Notes: a model not told the origin generated them from the letters alone. 64,000 nt of DNA from an uncultured Actinomycetes bacterium (GCA_963719245.1 CAVRBG010000005.1:38614-102613), one strand, 5' to 3'; numbered from the stretch's first letter, positions 26,761-38,336 are shown. A program made the numbers and translations.

Positions 26761-27432
26761 ATGAGTCACGTGGTGCTGGTCCACGGCGCTTGGCACGGTG
26801 CATGGTGCTGGGCGCAGGTGGTCGACGAACTCGACGCGCTCGGCGTGTCGAACGACGCGGTGGAGCTGCCGCTCACCGGCCTGGTCGACGACGCGGCGAC
26901 CGTGCGCGACGCGATCCAGTCGGCGATCGAGCGCGCGGGGCCCGGCGTCGTGGTCGTCGGTCACTCCTACGGAGGGATCGTGATCTCGCAGGCCGCGGCC
27001 GCCATCGACGGTGTGCACCATCTCGTCTACCTCGCGGCGTTCATGACCGAGGAGGGTGAGGACGAGCTGTCGATCATGACCGCGCACGACAGCCCAGTGC
27101 TCGACGCCGTCGTGACCGTCGACGGCGGCGCCGGCATCGATCCCGCGCAGGCGCATGCGCTCTTCTACGGCGACAGCGACGCGGCGACCGTCGCGGAAGT
27201 CGTTCCCTTGCTGCGCCCGATGCGCGGTGGCGGTCGTCTGGACGGCGCGCCCGTGTGGAAGTCGATCCCGTCCACCTACGTGGTGTGCACCGAGGACCGC
27301 GCGCTGCCGCCCGCCGCGCAGCTCGAGATGGCGACGCGGGCGGACGCCGTCGTCGAGTGGCCGACGGACCATTCACCCTTCCTCACTCGTCCTGGAGAGC
27401 TCGCTGCGTTGATCGCCTCGTGCTCACCGTAG
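26761..27432 (+). CDS. alpha/beta hydrolase (esterase-like)
   Basis: VLVHGAWHGAWCW, GHSYGG nucleophile elbow, CTEDRAL, DHSPF. Confidence 0.92.
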   Translation: MSHVVLVHGAWHGAWCWAQVVDELDALGVSNDAVELPLTGLVDDAATVRDAIQSAIERAGPGVVVVGHSYGGIVISQAAAAIDGVHHLVYLAAFMTEEGEDELSIMTAHDSPVLDAVVTVDGGAGIDPAQAHALFYGDSDAATVAEVVPLLRPMRGGGRLDGAPVWKSIPSTYVVCTEDRALPPAAQLEMATRADAVVEWPTDHSPFLTRPGELAALIASCSP

Positions 27433-28513
27433 CGGGAGCAGGCGTCGCTCCTGGAAGAGCTCCAGCCACTCCCGCAGCATGTCCTCGGTGTCGACGCAGT
27501 CGGCGAAGCCGGCCTGGCGGAGCTTCACGGTGCTGAGCACCGCCGGCAGCGCACGCGGCGGCCCGAGTGATCCGAACATGATGTCGGCATAGCCCCACGA
27601 ACCTCCGACGAACGCGGTCATGTCTCGGGGCGACCGGAGGCCATGCCGATCCACCACGTCGGCCCATTCGCCGGCACGCGACGGCATGCCGTCGGCGAGG
27701 CGCATCAGTTCCGGTTCGCCGACGTCCATCCCGAGCGCCTCCGCGACGGTTGGCCACACGTCGCGCCAGGCAAAGACGTCGCCGTTCGTGACGTTGAAGG
27801 TCTCGCCGCGAGCAGATCGGCGCGGTGGCCACCCACGCCAGCGCACGCGCGAGCAGCCGCGCGTCGACTGCCTCCTGCACGTGAGGTGGGCCACCGGGGA
27901 ACGACAGGGGCAACCCGCGCCGGCGCAGGAGCGCGCCGTAGACGCCGAGGACGGGCACGAGGTTCATCGGGCTACCGAACGACTGCCCGTAGACCACCTG
28001 CGGGCGCAAGATCGTCCACGACCACTGCGAACCCGCGGCGAGCTCCCGGAGCCGATCCTCCTGGAGGAAGTAGAAGTTGGTGTGGTCGTCGCGAGGTGCT
28101 CGCTCCTTCGCCGGCACGGGAGACCGGCCGACATGGAGCCCGTACGCCTTCGCCCCTTGGAGCAGCGAGACGTGCTCGAGCGACTCGCCCGTGGTGGCGA
28201 TGAGCGACTCCAAGGCGTTGGTGAACATCGCGAGGTTGCGCTCCATGAGCTCCCGGTCACGCCAACCGCTCGCGAGGTCGACCGACTCCTGCAACGCCGC
28301 GAACACCACATGACTGGCTCCCACCAGCTGGGGCGATCGCGCCGCGACCGTGCAGGCGGCACGGTCGAGCAGGTCGAGCGGCACGTGGTGCACGCCCGGG
28401 ACGTCGGTCGGACGCCGCGACACCCCGACGACCTCCCATCCCGGGAGCCCGACGAAGTGCTCGGCGGCCGCCCGGCCGATCACACCGGTCGCGCCGTAGA
28501 TGACGACCTTCAC
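27424..28513 (-). CDS. PRISE-like (progesterone 5-beta-reductase/iridoid synthase-like) SDR, frameshift at about 27815
   Basis: GATGVIG, GVSRR, QGAKAYG, NFYFLQED, WSWTILRP, then ETFNVTNGDVFAW...STVKLRQAGF in another frame. Confidence 0.85.
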
Positions 28514-28526
28514 CGACGAACCGCAG

Positions 28527-29807
28527 TCACGACCGCGCGAGGTGCCTCGGGTTGGCGACCGTGAGCCGGTCGCGCACCGCGAGCGCGAGCGTCGACCAGT
28601 CATCACCCTGGCGGTCGACCGGCTCTTGGGCGAGCTCACGCACGACGATCGCGAGCGCGTTGCCGGCGACCCGCGCCTGGTAGGCGAGCCGGCGGTCGTC
28701 GCTCGCCATGACGTCGTCGGTCAGGAACTCGCGTACGGCCTCGATCAGCTCGCGCGCGGTCGGCCGCCCGTACGAGGTCGGGGTCGTCCCGGCGCACCAT
28801 CGGCGACGGTGCCGCCATCGCGGCGCGGCATGCTTCGGGGGCGAGGAGCTCGATGAGGTCCCACTCCTGCTCGGCGACGCGCCGGCCGACGGTCGCCAGC
28901 TCCACCGAGCGCACGCGCCCGGACAGGTGGAACGTCGGCCTGCAGCATGCACCCGATGCCCCAGGTGAGCGTCTTCGCGACCAACCACCAGTGCAGCGCG
29001 GCGCGATCCACCCGACGGCCACCGGCCGCCTCGTAGGCGCCGACGAGCTCGTCGAGGGTTCCGAGTCCGCCCACCTCGAGCGGCTCGCCGAAGCGCCACG
29101 CCTTCAACGAGAGCCAGGCGAGATCCTCGAGCGGATCGCCGCGGTGGACGAGCTCCCAGTCGATCACGGCCTCGAGACCCGTGGGACCGACGATCACGTT
29201 GCCCATCCGGAGGTCGCCGTGGATCAACGCGTCCGCGGAGTGTGGCGGGCGGTGCGCGACCAGCCACGCGTGGACCTGCTCGAAGGTGGCGCTGCGATCG
29301 TCGATCCGGAGGTACTTCTGCCAGATCGGCTCCACCGGATCGGGCGCCTCCACGCCGGGTACTTCGGCGGGATCGATCGCATGGAGGCCGGCGAGGAAGC
29401 GGCGCGAGGTCGTCCACCAGCACCTGCCGCGCGACGGCGAACTCGTCGTCGCGGCAGGATGCGACCGCGCGATGGTCTCACCGGGCACGCGTCGCATCAC
29501 GAGCCCGGTCGTGCCGAGGAACGTGCCGTCGTCGTCGGCGAGCACGTCCGGAACCCGCAACCCGGCCCGTCTGCACGCGCGCATCGCGTCGGCTTCGCGG
29601 CGCATGACCCCGCGGGCGCTGGGCTCGACCCGGCGGGTCCCGTCGCAGGATGAGCTCCTCGCCGTTGGCGGTGAACGCCCAGGTCTCGCGTGAGGCCCCG
29701 CCGGTGAGGCGCTGCAGTCCGGCGATCTCGACCGGCGCGCCGAACGCGGGCTCGAGCGCGGCCGCGAGGCCGTCAGATGCCGGCGCGGATTCCGACGGGG
29801 AGGTCAT
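28527..29807 (-). CDS. APH-family phosphotransferase with C-terminal DUF6285-like domain (several frameshifts)
   Basis: LTGGASRETW, HGDLRMGN, VIDWELVHRGDPLEDLAW; tail PTARELIEAVREFL...RVAGNAL...VANPRHL; start approximate. Confidence 0.8.
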
Positions 29808-30793
29808 CGACGATCTGGTCGAGGTACTCGGACAGACCCGCACCCTGGAGGCCGCCGCACGACCACCGGGTCATGCCTTCGGTGAGGCGGGTCACGTTGC
29901 CGTCGCGGCGGTTGCGCAACGGGATGCTGGACCAGACGTCGCCGTGGAGCTCGTAGGTGTGGTCGTCGGTCGTGACGACCACGTGGTTGCGGACGACGAA
30001 CCACTCGTCGTCGTACTCGGAGGTCAGGGCCATCTCCCGCACCGGCACCACCCTGCGTGTCGCCGTAGCGCTCGACATCGGACACGTGGCCGCTGACGTT
30101 GCGGTCCTCGGAGTCGCCCTGACCGCGCAGCGTGCAGCCGATGCCGAGCGGGCCGAAGCTGGCGGTGATCCAGCGGTACCACGGGATGCTCTGCCACACG
30201 CGCGGCCCCCAGGAGTGGTCGCGGAGGCCGAAACCGGCGTCGAGGTCGAAGCGCTGCTCCCCGACCTCGACCATCCCGGCGATCGCCATCTGCTGCTCGG
30301 TGTGGCCGCGCGCGAAGCCGTGGGACGATCCGGCCGGCGGCTCCTCGCCCTCGTCCCACTCGGGTTCGCCGCCCGACGGCTGCGCAGCTGCGGTGACCCT
30401 GAGATCGACGGTGCACGGTTCGTGCGGGTTGCTCGTGAACGCGCGGCCGGGATCGGCCATCTCGCGCGGGTTGGCGAGCAGGCAGACCATGCCGTCGTAG
30501 GTGACGTGGTGCTCCTCGTACGGCGCCACCACCTCGAAACGGAGCCCACCGGCGTCGTGGGCATGGTGCCCGTCGATGTGCGGCCGCTTGAACATGAAGC
30601 CGACCCGTCCGTCCGGCAGGTACAGGCAGACCGTCATCTCCGCGTAGCCCTCGTTGGGCCGGTTCCCCATGCGGATCCAACCTCCGAGGCCGGGCGCCGG
30701 GTCGTAGAAGCTGTAGTAGCGGCTCTCGTTGTAGTTGGGGTCGTCGTCCGGGGTGTGGAAGTAGTCGTCCTCGGGTTCGCGCCGCATGCGCAT
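29773..30793 (-). CDS. hypothetical beta-barrel protein (tocopherol-cyclase/lipocalin-like), frameshift at about 30050
   Basis: NESRYYSF, GGWIRMGNRPN, GHTEQ, GLRDHSWGPRVW, then LTEGMTRW...GAGLSEYLDQ. Confidence 0.75.
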
Positions 30794-30905
30794 GGACCAG
30801 CACCTCGGTGCGTGGGCGTCGGATCGAGCGCAAGGGTACAGCGGCCAACCGTCAGAGTCCTCGGACGTGGTATCGCGTCGGTACCCGACTGATGGACGGT
30901 GGGTG

Positions 30906-32372
30906 ATGGACGGATTCCAGGCCAGCCGAGCGGTGGCGGCGATCCGCGAGCGGCTCGGTCACCCGGTGATCGACTCCGATGGTCATCTGGTCGAGTTCCG
31001 GCCGGTCGCGATGGAGTACATCGCCCGTGCCGGTGGCGCGCGGATGGCCGAGCGCTTCGCCGAGGAGCAGCGTTCCACGTTCCTCTCGCGTGATTGGTAC
31101 GGCCTGAGCCAGGCGGAACGCATGGCCGGTTGGACGCACCGACCGCCGTTCTGGGGTGAGCCGCTGCGCAATCACGGCCTCGATCTCGCCACGGCCTCGT
31201 TCCCGGACCTCATGTACCACCGGCTCGACCAGCTCGGGATCGACTTCACCGTGCTCTACCCCACGATCGGCATCAACCCGCAGGGCTATGCGGACGAAGA
31301 GACACGGCGCGCGTGTTGTCGGGGGCTCAACGACTACTACGCCGACCACTGGATGGGTCATCCGGACCGGATGACGCCGGTGGCGATCATCCCGATGTTC
31401 ACGCCCGCGGAAGCACTCGACGAGCTCGACTTCGCGGTCACCGAACGCGGCTTCAAAGCGGTGATGCTGCCGAGCTACGTGAAGCGGCCGATCAGAACCG
31501 TCGTCGACCGCGCACCCGAGGCTGCCCGCTTCGCCTGGCGGGCCGACACGTTCGGGATCGACAGCGAGCACGACTACGACCCGGTGTGGGCGAGGTGTCG
31601 CGACCTCGGCGTCGTGCCGAGCTTCCACACTCCCGGCGAGGGGTCGACGTTCCACGACTCGATCTCCAACCCCGTCTACAACCACGTCGGGCACTTCGCG
31701 ACCGCGGCGACCGCGATCTGCAAGTCGCTCTTCCTCGGTGGCGTGAGCCAGCGCTTTCCCGAGCTCCGGTTCCTCTTCCTCGAGGGAGGCGTCGGCTGGG
31801 CGCGGTCCCTGCTCGCGGATCTCACGAGCCACTGGGAGAAGCGCAGCCTCGCGGGACTCGCCCGCGACAGCGATCCTCGGCTCGCCGACGCCGACCTCTT
31901 CCTCGCCCTCTACGAGCAGTACGGCGGCACCCTGTGGCGGCAGATGACCACCCCGGAGCTCGCCAAGCGGTGGGTTGTCCATCCCGAGGACCCGAGCGAC
32001 AGCTTCGCGAGCCTGGAGGTCTCGACCGCGGACGAGCTGCGGCGGCTCTTCGTCGAGCGGTTCTACTTCGGGTGTGAGGGAGACGATCCGGTGATGCCGG
32101 CCGCGTTCGACGTCGATCGCAGCCCCGGTGGCGCGCGCTTGCACGCGGTCTTCGGCTCCGACATCGGCCACTGGGACGTCCCACTGATGGACGAGGTCCT
32201 CGAAGAGGTGTACGAGCCGCTCGAGGACGGGATGCTCGATGAGACGGATCTGCGCGACTTCGTCTTCACCAACCCCGTCCGGCTCTGGACGTCCGCGAAG
32301 CCCGACTTCTTCGCGGGGACGATCGTCGAGCATGCCGCCGCCGCGGTCGTCGAGTCAGGAACAGCATCGTGA
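30906..32372 (+). CDS. amidohydrolase_2 family protein
   Basis: HPVIDSDGHLVE, VLYPT, FLEGGVGW, FGSDIGHWDV. Confidence 0.92.
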   Translation: MDGFQASRAVAAIRERLGHPVIDSDGHLVEFRPVAMEYIARAGGARMAERFAEEQRSTFLSRDWYGLSQAERMAGWTHRPPFWGEPLRNHGLDLATASFPDLMYHRLDQLGIDFTVLYPTIGINPQGYADEETRRACCRGLNDYYADHWMGHPDRMTPVAIIPMFTPAEALDELDFAVTERGFKAVMLPSYVKRPIRTVVDRAPEAARFAWRADTFGIDSEHDYDPVWARCRDLGVVPSFHTPGEGSTFHDSISNPVYNHVGHFATAATAICKSLFLGGVSQRFPELRFLFLEGGVGWARSLLADLTSHWEKRSLAGLARDSDPRLADADLFLALYEQYGGTLWRQMTTPELAKRWVVHPEDPSDSFASLEVSTADELRRLFVERFYFGCEGDDPVMPAAFDVDRSPGGARLHAVFGSDIGHWDVPLMDEVLEEVYEPLEDGMLDETDLRDFVFTNPVRLWTSAKPDFFAGTIVEHAAAAVVESGTAS

Positions 32373-32530
32373 TCCGAACGTGATCGAGGGGGCCCCTTCC
32401 CTACGTCCGTCTGGTTCACGCTGGCTCCCTTCGAGCGGACCTGCAGGGCAACGCTCAGGATGCGCCGGCCGGAGCAGCAACGTAACTTGAGCCGCGCTCG
32501 ACGAGGTGGAGGGATCCGGGGGTTGCGGTC

Positions 32531-33259
32531 ATGATCAGAGTCAAAGCGGCGTTCTTCAGCGTCACGCCTCCCCCACCACCAAGCGACGACGGCAGCTACC
32601 TACGGTGGCACCTGCTCGACCACATGGTCGAGCAGTACCAGCTGCCCGGCATCCAATACGCACTGCGCTACATCGCGGACGGCGACTACCTCACCAGCCG
32701 CCTCGTTGCGACCGGGCACCTGGAAGACGTCGGCAACGTCGTGAACTACCTCGTCGGCGATCCCGTGCAGCAGACGCACGACGACTTCATGCAGCTCGGC
32801 CCCCGCCTCGCGGAGATGGGCCGGTTCCCCGAAGTCCGACCGTCGTTGCAGCTGCGCATGCCCGCGCTCCTGCACTGGTACGCCGCCCCCCGAGCCCAGA
32901 TCTCTCCCGAGGTCGTGCCGTTCCGGCCGCATCGAGGTGTCGTCGTGATCATCGAGGAGCCCGCGGACGACGACGTCGCGTCGTGGCTGCAGTGGCTGCA
33001 CGCCGACCACTACCCCGCCCTGCTCGCGACGCCCGGCGTGGCGGGTGCGTGGATGTACGGCACGACGAACACGTGGAAACTGCACCCCGCCACCCGGGGC
33101 GACCCGCAGTACACCACGGTGATCTACCTCGACGACGAGCCGCTCGCGACGACGAAGGCGCTCGCTCCCCTCGTGGAGGAGCGCTGGCGCTCCCAGGCGG
33201 TGCGGCCGCTGTTCGCCGGTCCGCTCCGGACCATGATCCAGTGGGAGGCGTGGCGCTGA
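32531..33259 (+). CDS. hypothetical protein with tandem EthD-like alpha/beta-barrel repeats
   Basis: Two repeats: YLRWHLLDHM...LPGI and WLQWLHADHYPALLATPGV. Confidence 0.65.
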   Translation: MIRVKAAFFSVTPPPPPSDDGSYLRWHLLDHMVEQYQLPGIQYALRYIADGDYLTSRLVATGHLEDVGNVVNYLVGDPVQQTHDDFMQLGPRLAEMGRFPEVRPSLQLRMPALLHWYAAPRAQISPEVVPFRPHRGVVVIIEEPADDDVASWLQWLHADHYPALLATPGVAGAWMYGTTNTWKLHPATRGDPQYTTVIYLDDEPLATTKALAPLVEERWRSQAVRPLFAGPLRTMIQWEAWR

Positions 33260-33290
33260 CCCGGCAGGAGCGATTCGAGGAGGCGCGGGC

Positions 33291-34076
33291 GTGAGCGGCG
33301 GGCGGCTCGACGGCAAGGTCGCGATCATCACCGGGGCGAGCACCGGGCTCGGTCCGGTGATGGCGGCCGTGTTCGTTCGGGAAGGGGCCCGGGTGCTGCT
33401 CGCGGCCCGCCGCGAGGACCTCGTCCGGGAGGCGGCGGCGAACGCCGGCGCGGGTGCCATCGCGATGCGCGCCGACGTGACGAACGAGGACGACGTCGAA
33501 GCCATGGTCGCCCGCGCCGTCGACGAGTTCGGGCACGTCGACATCATGTGCAACAACGCCGCTGCGCCCGGAACGGATCTCTGGATCTGGGAGCAGACGC
33601 TCGAGAACTGGAACGCCACCATCGCCATCGACGTCACCGCCGCGATGCTGTGCACCCGCGCCGTCCTGAACCAGTCGATGCTGGAGCGCCGTTCCGGGGT
33701 GATCCTGAACTTCTCGTCCACCGCCGGGTACAACGGCGTCGTCCGGAAGTCGCACTACGTCACCGCCAAGGCCTCCTTGCGCGCGTTCACCAAGGCGGTC
33801 GCACTCGAGGTCGGCGAACACGGGATCCGGTGCAACTGCGTCGTGCCGGGTGGCATCGACACCGAGCTGTGGCGCAACTGGGTGCAGCGCACGGCCGACG
33901 AGCGGGGCGTCGACGTCGAGAGCCATCGAGCGCGGATGCTCCAGGGCGTGGCGCTGCGCGACATCTCCTCACCCGAGGACGTCGCCAACCTCGCGTTGTT
34001 CCTCGCGAGCGACGAGAGCCGCACGATCACGGGGCAGTCGATCCCGGTCGACGCCGGCGGCTACATGCAGGGCTGA
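33291..34076 (+). CDS. SDR family oxidoreductase
   Basis: TGASTGLG, NNAA, YVTAK (YxxxK), ITGQSIPVDAG. Confidence 0.93.
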   Translation: MSGGRLDGKVAIITGASTGLGPVMAAVFVREGARVLLAARREDLVREAAANAGAGAIAMRADVTNEDDVEAMVARAVDEFGHVDIMCNNAAAPGTDLWIWEQTLENWNATIAIDVTAAMLCTRAVLNQSMLERRSGVILNFSSTAGYNGVVRKSHYVTAKASLRAFTKAVALEVGEHGIRCNCVVPGGIDTELWRNWVQRTADERGVDVESHRARMLQGVALRDISSPEDVANLALFLASDESRTITGQSIPVDAGGYMQG

Positions 34077-34092
34077 GCGGTAGCCTCCCTCC

Positions 34093-35528
34093 GTGAGCGG
34101 GGCGACGCGACGCGCCGGAGCCGGACCGACCCTGACCACCCGCGTCGTCATCGCGAGCACGTTGCTCGCCCTCCTCGGTGGCGCGATCTTCGCCATCCTG
34201 CTGCGTGCGATCGATGACCAGCGCGACGCGGCCGGGCTGGCCCGGCATTCCCAGCAGGTGCTCGTCGCGGCGTCGGAGCTCGAGCGCCGCGTCGTCGACC
34301 TGGAGACCGGGGAACGCGGGTTCCTCATCACGCACCAGGAGCAATTCCTCGCCCCGTGGACCGCGGCTCGGCGCGCCCTCCCGAGCGCCAGTCGGGAGCT
34401 GAACCGTCTCGCCCAGGTCAAGCGGCAGAGGGTGCGCGCCCGACGCATCACCGACGCGGTCGCGTCGTACCTGCGCGATTACTCGGTCCCGACGGTGGAG
34501 GCGGCACGGCGCAACGACCCGTCGGTGGCGTCGGTCGCGAACCTGGCCGCCGGGAAGCGCCGCGTCGACGCGCTACGGACGCAGTTCAGAGGGCTCATCG
34601 CGGGCGAGAACGAGCTCGCCGCGGCGCGGGACGCCCATGCCGACGACGCAGCGCGGCAGTCCGTCGTCGCCGCGGCAGTCGGTCTCGTGGTTTGGTTGGT
34701 CCTCATCGTCGTCTACTGCGTCTATCTGATCCGAGCGGTCGTGCGGCCCGTTCGGCGGGCGGCCACGATGGCGCAACAACTGGCCGGCGGCGACCTCTCG
34801 GTCCGCATGCCCGAGACCAGCACGGGCGAGATACGCGCACTCGAGCAGTCGTTCAACACGATGGGAAGCTCGTTGGAGTCCAGCCAGGCCGAGCTGACGG
34901 CCTCGCGGCGCGGATCGTCGCGGCTGCCGACGAAGCGCGCCGTCGTATCGAGCGCGATCTGCACGACGGCACGCAACAGCGGCTGCTCTCGCTCGCGCTC
35001 GAGTTGCGCTCGGCCGAGGGCGCGGTGCCGCCGGACCTCCCGGCGCTCCGCGGGCAACTGTCCCGCACCGCCACGGGCCTCGCCGAAGTCGTCGGCGACC
35101 TGCAGGAGACCGCTCGCGGGATCCATCCCGCGGTGCTCTCCAAGGGTGGGCTCGGACCCGCGATCAAGGTGCTCACGCGCCGGTCGGTGATCCCGGTCGA
35201 GCTCGAGCTGCGCACCCCCGAGCGCATGTCGGACGGCGTCGAGGTCGCGGCCTACTACGTCGTGTCGGAGGCACTCACCAACGCGGCCAAGCACTCGCGA
35301 GCGTCCGTGGTGCACATCGACGTCTTCTCCACGGACGCGATGCTCCGGCTCTCGATACGCGACGACGGCGTCGGCGGAGCGGACGCGGACCGCGGCTCGG
35401 GACTGGTCGGCCTCCGCGACCGCATCCAGGCACTCGGCGGAACGATCGAGGTCACCAGCCCACCGGGCGAGGGAACGTCGATCCTGGCGGTGATCCCGTT
35501 CGATGGCAATGATGAGTCCGATGAGTGA
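34093..35528 (+). CDS. sensor histidine kinase (CHASE3-HAMP-HisKA_3), frameshift at about 34905
   Basis: DLETGERGFLIT CHASE3, TM, HAMP, then ERDLHDGTQQRL, EALTNAAKHS, DDGVGGA, GSGLVGL. Confidence 0.9.
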
Positions 35529-36205
35529 CCCAGGTCGTCAGACCACCACCGAGTCCGCAGTCCGCATCGCGCTCGGCCGACGATGACGTCCTGCTGCGCG
35601 AGGGCATCGCGAGCCTGCTCGAAGGGCACGGATTCCAGGTGATCGGCCAGGCCGGCGACGCACCGGAACTGCTCGCGCTCGTGCGCGAGCAGCAACCCGA
35701 TCTCGTCATCGTCGACATCCGCATGCCGCCCGGGCACGCGACGGAGGGCCTCGACGCCGCCCGGGTGATACGGCAGGAATTCCCCGCGGTGGCGATCCTC
35801 GTGCTCTCCGCGCACGTCGAGGTGTACGAGGCGATGGAGCTCCTCGCCGGCGGCGAGCGAATCGGGTACCTGTTGAAGAATCGGGTCACCGACGTCGACG
35901 ACTTCGTCGAGTCGCTCCAGCGGATCTCCCGAGGCGGCTCGGTCGTCGACCCGAGCCTGATCCAGGAGCTCGTGACCGCACGGCGGCGGAACGATCCACT
36001 CGAGACACTCACGCCGCGCGAGCGCGAAACGCTCGCGCTCATGGCCGAGGGATTCTCGAATGCCGGCATCGCGCGACGGCTCCTCGTGACCGAAGGGACC
36101 ATCGAGAAGCACGTCAACAGCATCCTGATGAAGTTGGATCTCTCGGAGTCGCACGATGACCACCGGCGCGTCCTCGCCGTGATCACCTTCCTCGACGCGC
36201 GGTAG
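35521..36205 (+). CDS. NarL/LuxR-family response regulator (probable extra G at about 35575)
   Basis: VRIAL(+1)ADDDVLLREG, DIRMPP, GYLLK, LTPRERETLALMAEG. Confidence 0.9.
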
Positions 36206-36209
36206 CAGC

Positions 36210-36593
36210 TCAGGGCTGCTGGTCACCCAAGAGGTCCGTCACCGCCCGCGCCGAGAACCGGGTCTTCGGCACGAACCCGGCGGCGGGACTCGCCGCGATC
36301 AGGTCGGTCAGCTCGGACTCGGGATACGCCGAGATCAGCACGATGCGTGCGTCCCCTGATGACGCGAGCGTCCGGGTGAGGTCGAACCCACTCTCCTCGC
36401 CGAGATCGACGTCGACGATGATCACATCCGGCTGGAGCTCGGCGGCGAGCTCGCACGCCTCGGCGCTCGTGCTCGCGACTCCGACGACGTGGATCCCACC
36501 GTCTTCCAGCACCGTCCGGGCCGCCTCGAGGAAGTGGCCACTGTCGTCGACGATGATCATCCTCAAGGCGACGCTCCGCGATTCGACACTCAT
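36210..36593 (-). CDS. stand-alone response regulator receiver domain
   Basis: IIVDDS, PDVIIVDVDLGEESGF, LISA, GFVPK. Confidence 0.85.
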   Translation of the reverse strand: MSVESRSVALRMIIVDDSGHFLEAARTVLEDGGIHVVGVASTSAEACELAAELQPDVIIVDVDLGEESGFDLTRTLASSGDARIVLISAYPESELTDLIAASPAAGFVPKTRFSARAVTDLLGDQQP

Positions 36594-36761
36594 GCGTTCA
36601 GTATTGCCGCGGAGGTCGCGTGGAGCATTGAAGCCAGCAGGAAGAAGGAGTTGCCACTCGCAGGAGCCGACGGACGGAAGCTGTCTTCGAAGACACCTCG
36701 AGTCCGAAATGCGATCGTGCTCCTGGGTCCTCGTCGAGGACCGATCCCGAGAGGTGACACG

Positions 36762-38336
36762 ATGGCGCGGAAGACGACGACCGCGGCAAGCGGGGCACGG
36801 GCGGCGCCGCACGGCCTCGGCCGTCTCGCCCTCGTGATCGTCCTGTGTGCGCAGCTCGTCGTCGTGCTCGATTTCAGCATCGTCAACGTCGCCCTTCCGT
36901 CCATCAGCAACGCGTTCTCGGCGACGTCCACCTCGGTGCAGTGGGTGGTGACCGCGTACGCCATCACCTTCGGTGGGCTGCTCGTGTTGGGTGGTCGCAT
37001 CGCGGATCTCCTCGGCCGGCGCGAGCTCTTCGTCTGGGGTCTCGTCGGCTTCGCGCTCGCGTCGGCCGCGGGTGGCGTTGCGTCGAGTTTGGCGCTGCTG
37101 GTGCTCGCCCGGGCCGTGCAGGGCATCGCCGCCGCCGCCGTCGCCCCCGCCGCCTTGTCGATCCTCACCACGAGCTTCCGGGATGGTCCGGCCCGAACCA
37201 GGGTCCTCGGGTACTACGGGATCATGTCCTCGGTCGGGTTCGTCGCCGGCCTGGTGCTCGGCGGCGCGATCGTGGAGACCGTGGGGTGGCGGGGAGTGTT
37301 CTTCGTCAATGTGCCGGTCTGTCTCCTCGCGGCGGTGATCGGCCGGCGCGTCATCCCCAGGGCGGCCGCCAGCACGACACGTGTCCACCTCGACGTGGTG
37401 GGCGCCTGCCTCGTGACCGCCGGGGTCGCCGCGCTCGTCTACGCACCGACGGCCGGCGTCGACGAAGGGTGGACGTCGGTACCGTTCCTGGCTGCGGTCG
37501 GGGCCGCCGCGGGGCTCCTCGTCGTGTTCGTCCGGCACGAGCAACACAGTCCGCATCCGGTGATGCCCCTCTCCATCTTCCGGTCGCGGACGCTGGTCGC
37601 GGGCGACGCCGTGACGCTGTTGATCGGGGCGTGGAACGCCGGCGAGGTCCTCGTCCTCAGCCTGTACTGCCAGCAGGTGCTGGGCTACTCGCCCCTCGTG
37701 GCGGGGCTCATCGCGGTACCGCAGGGCATCGGCGGGCTGCTGCGCGGCTTCGCCGGGCCCGGCCTCGTCGCCCGACTCGGCATCAGGCGCTTCCTCGCTG
37801 CCAGCGCGGCGGTCAGCGCGGTCGGTCTCGCGCTCCTTCTGCGGTTCCCGGCCACGAGCCGACCGCCCGTGATCCTGCTCGTCCTGCTCGTCATCGGGCT
37901 CGGCACCACGAGCGCGATGTTCGCCGCCACGGTGGGCGGGACCGCCGGCGTCACCGACGACGAACAGGGGCTCGCCGGCGCGCTGGTCAACACCGCGCGC
38001 CAGGTGGGCGCCGCCATCGGCGTCGCCGGGCTCCTGGCGATCTCCGCCTCCAGCACCGGGTCGGGCGGGGCCTCGACGGCCGATCTGGCCGCCGGCTACC
38101 GCCTGGCGATGGGTGCGGCCGCCGCGCTGGCCATCGCCGCAGTCGTGCTCTCGATCGTCGTCATCCGCGACGGAGTGTCGCGGTCGCACCAGGAGCGGCT
38201 CCACCGTCGGCATCTCGATCGGATCTGGCCGCTCCCGGAGCTGCTCGGACGCCGGACGGTGCACGCACATCAGGGGGGCGGGGCGCGCCTCATCGCGGCA
38301 CGGCCGCTGCGCGCGCCAACGCGCCCCTCACGGTGA
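36762..38336 (+). CDS. DHA2-type (14-TM) MFS transporter
   Basis: LDFSIVNVALPSI, WVVTAY, GGRIADLLGRR, WRGVFFVNVP. Confidence 0.92.
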   Translation: MARKTTTAASGARAAPHGLGRLALVIVLCAQLVVVLDFSIVNVALPSISNAFSATSTSVQWVVTAYAITFGGLLVLGGRIADLLGRRELFVWGLVGFALASAAGGVASSLALLVLARAVQGIAAAAVAPAALSILTTSFRDGPARTRVLGYYGIMSSVGFVAGLVLGGAIVETVGWRGVFFVNVPVCLLAAVIGRRVIPRAAASTTRVHLDVVGACLVTAGVAALVYAPTAGVDEGWTSVPFLAAVGAAAGLLVVFVRHEQHSPHPVMPLSIFRSRTLVAGDAVTLLIGAWNAGEVLVLSLYCQQVLGYSPLVAGLIAVPQGIGGLLRGFAGPGLVARLGIRRFLAASAAVSAVGLALLLRFPATSRPPVILLVLLVIGLGTTSAMFAATVGGTAGVTDDEQGLAGALVNTARQVGAAIGVAGLLAISASSTGSGGASTADLAAGYRLAMGAAAALAIAAVVLSIVVIRDGVSRSHQERLHRRHLDRIWPLPELLGRRTVHAHQGGGARLIAARPLRAPTRPSR

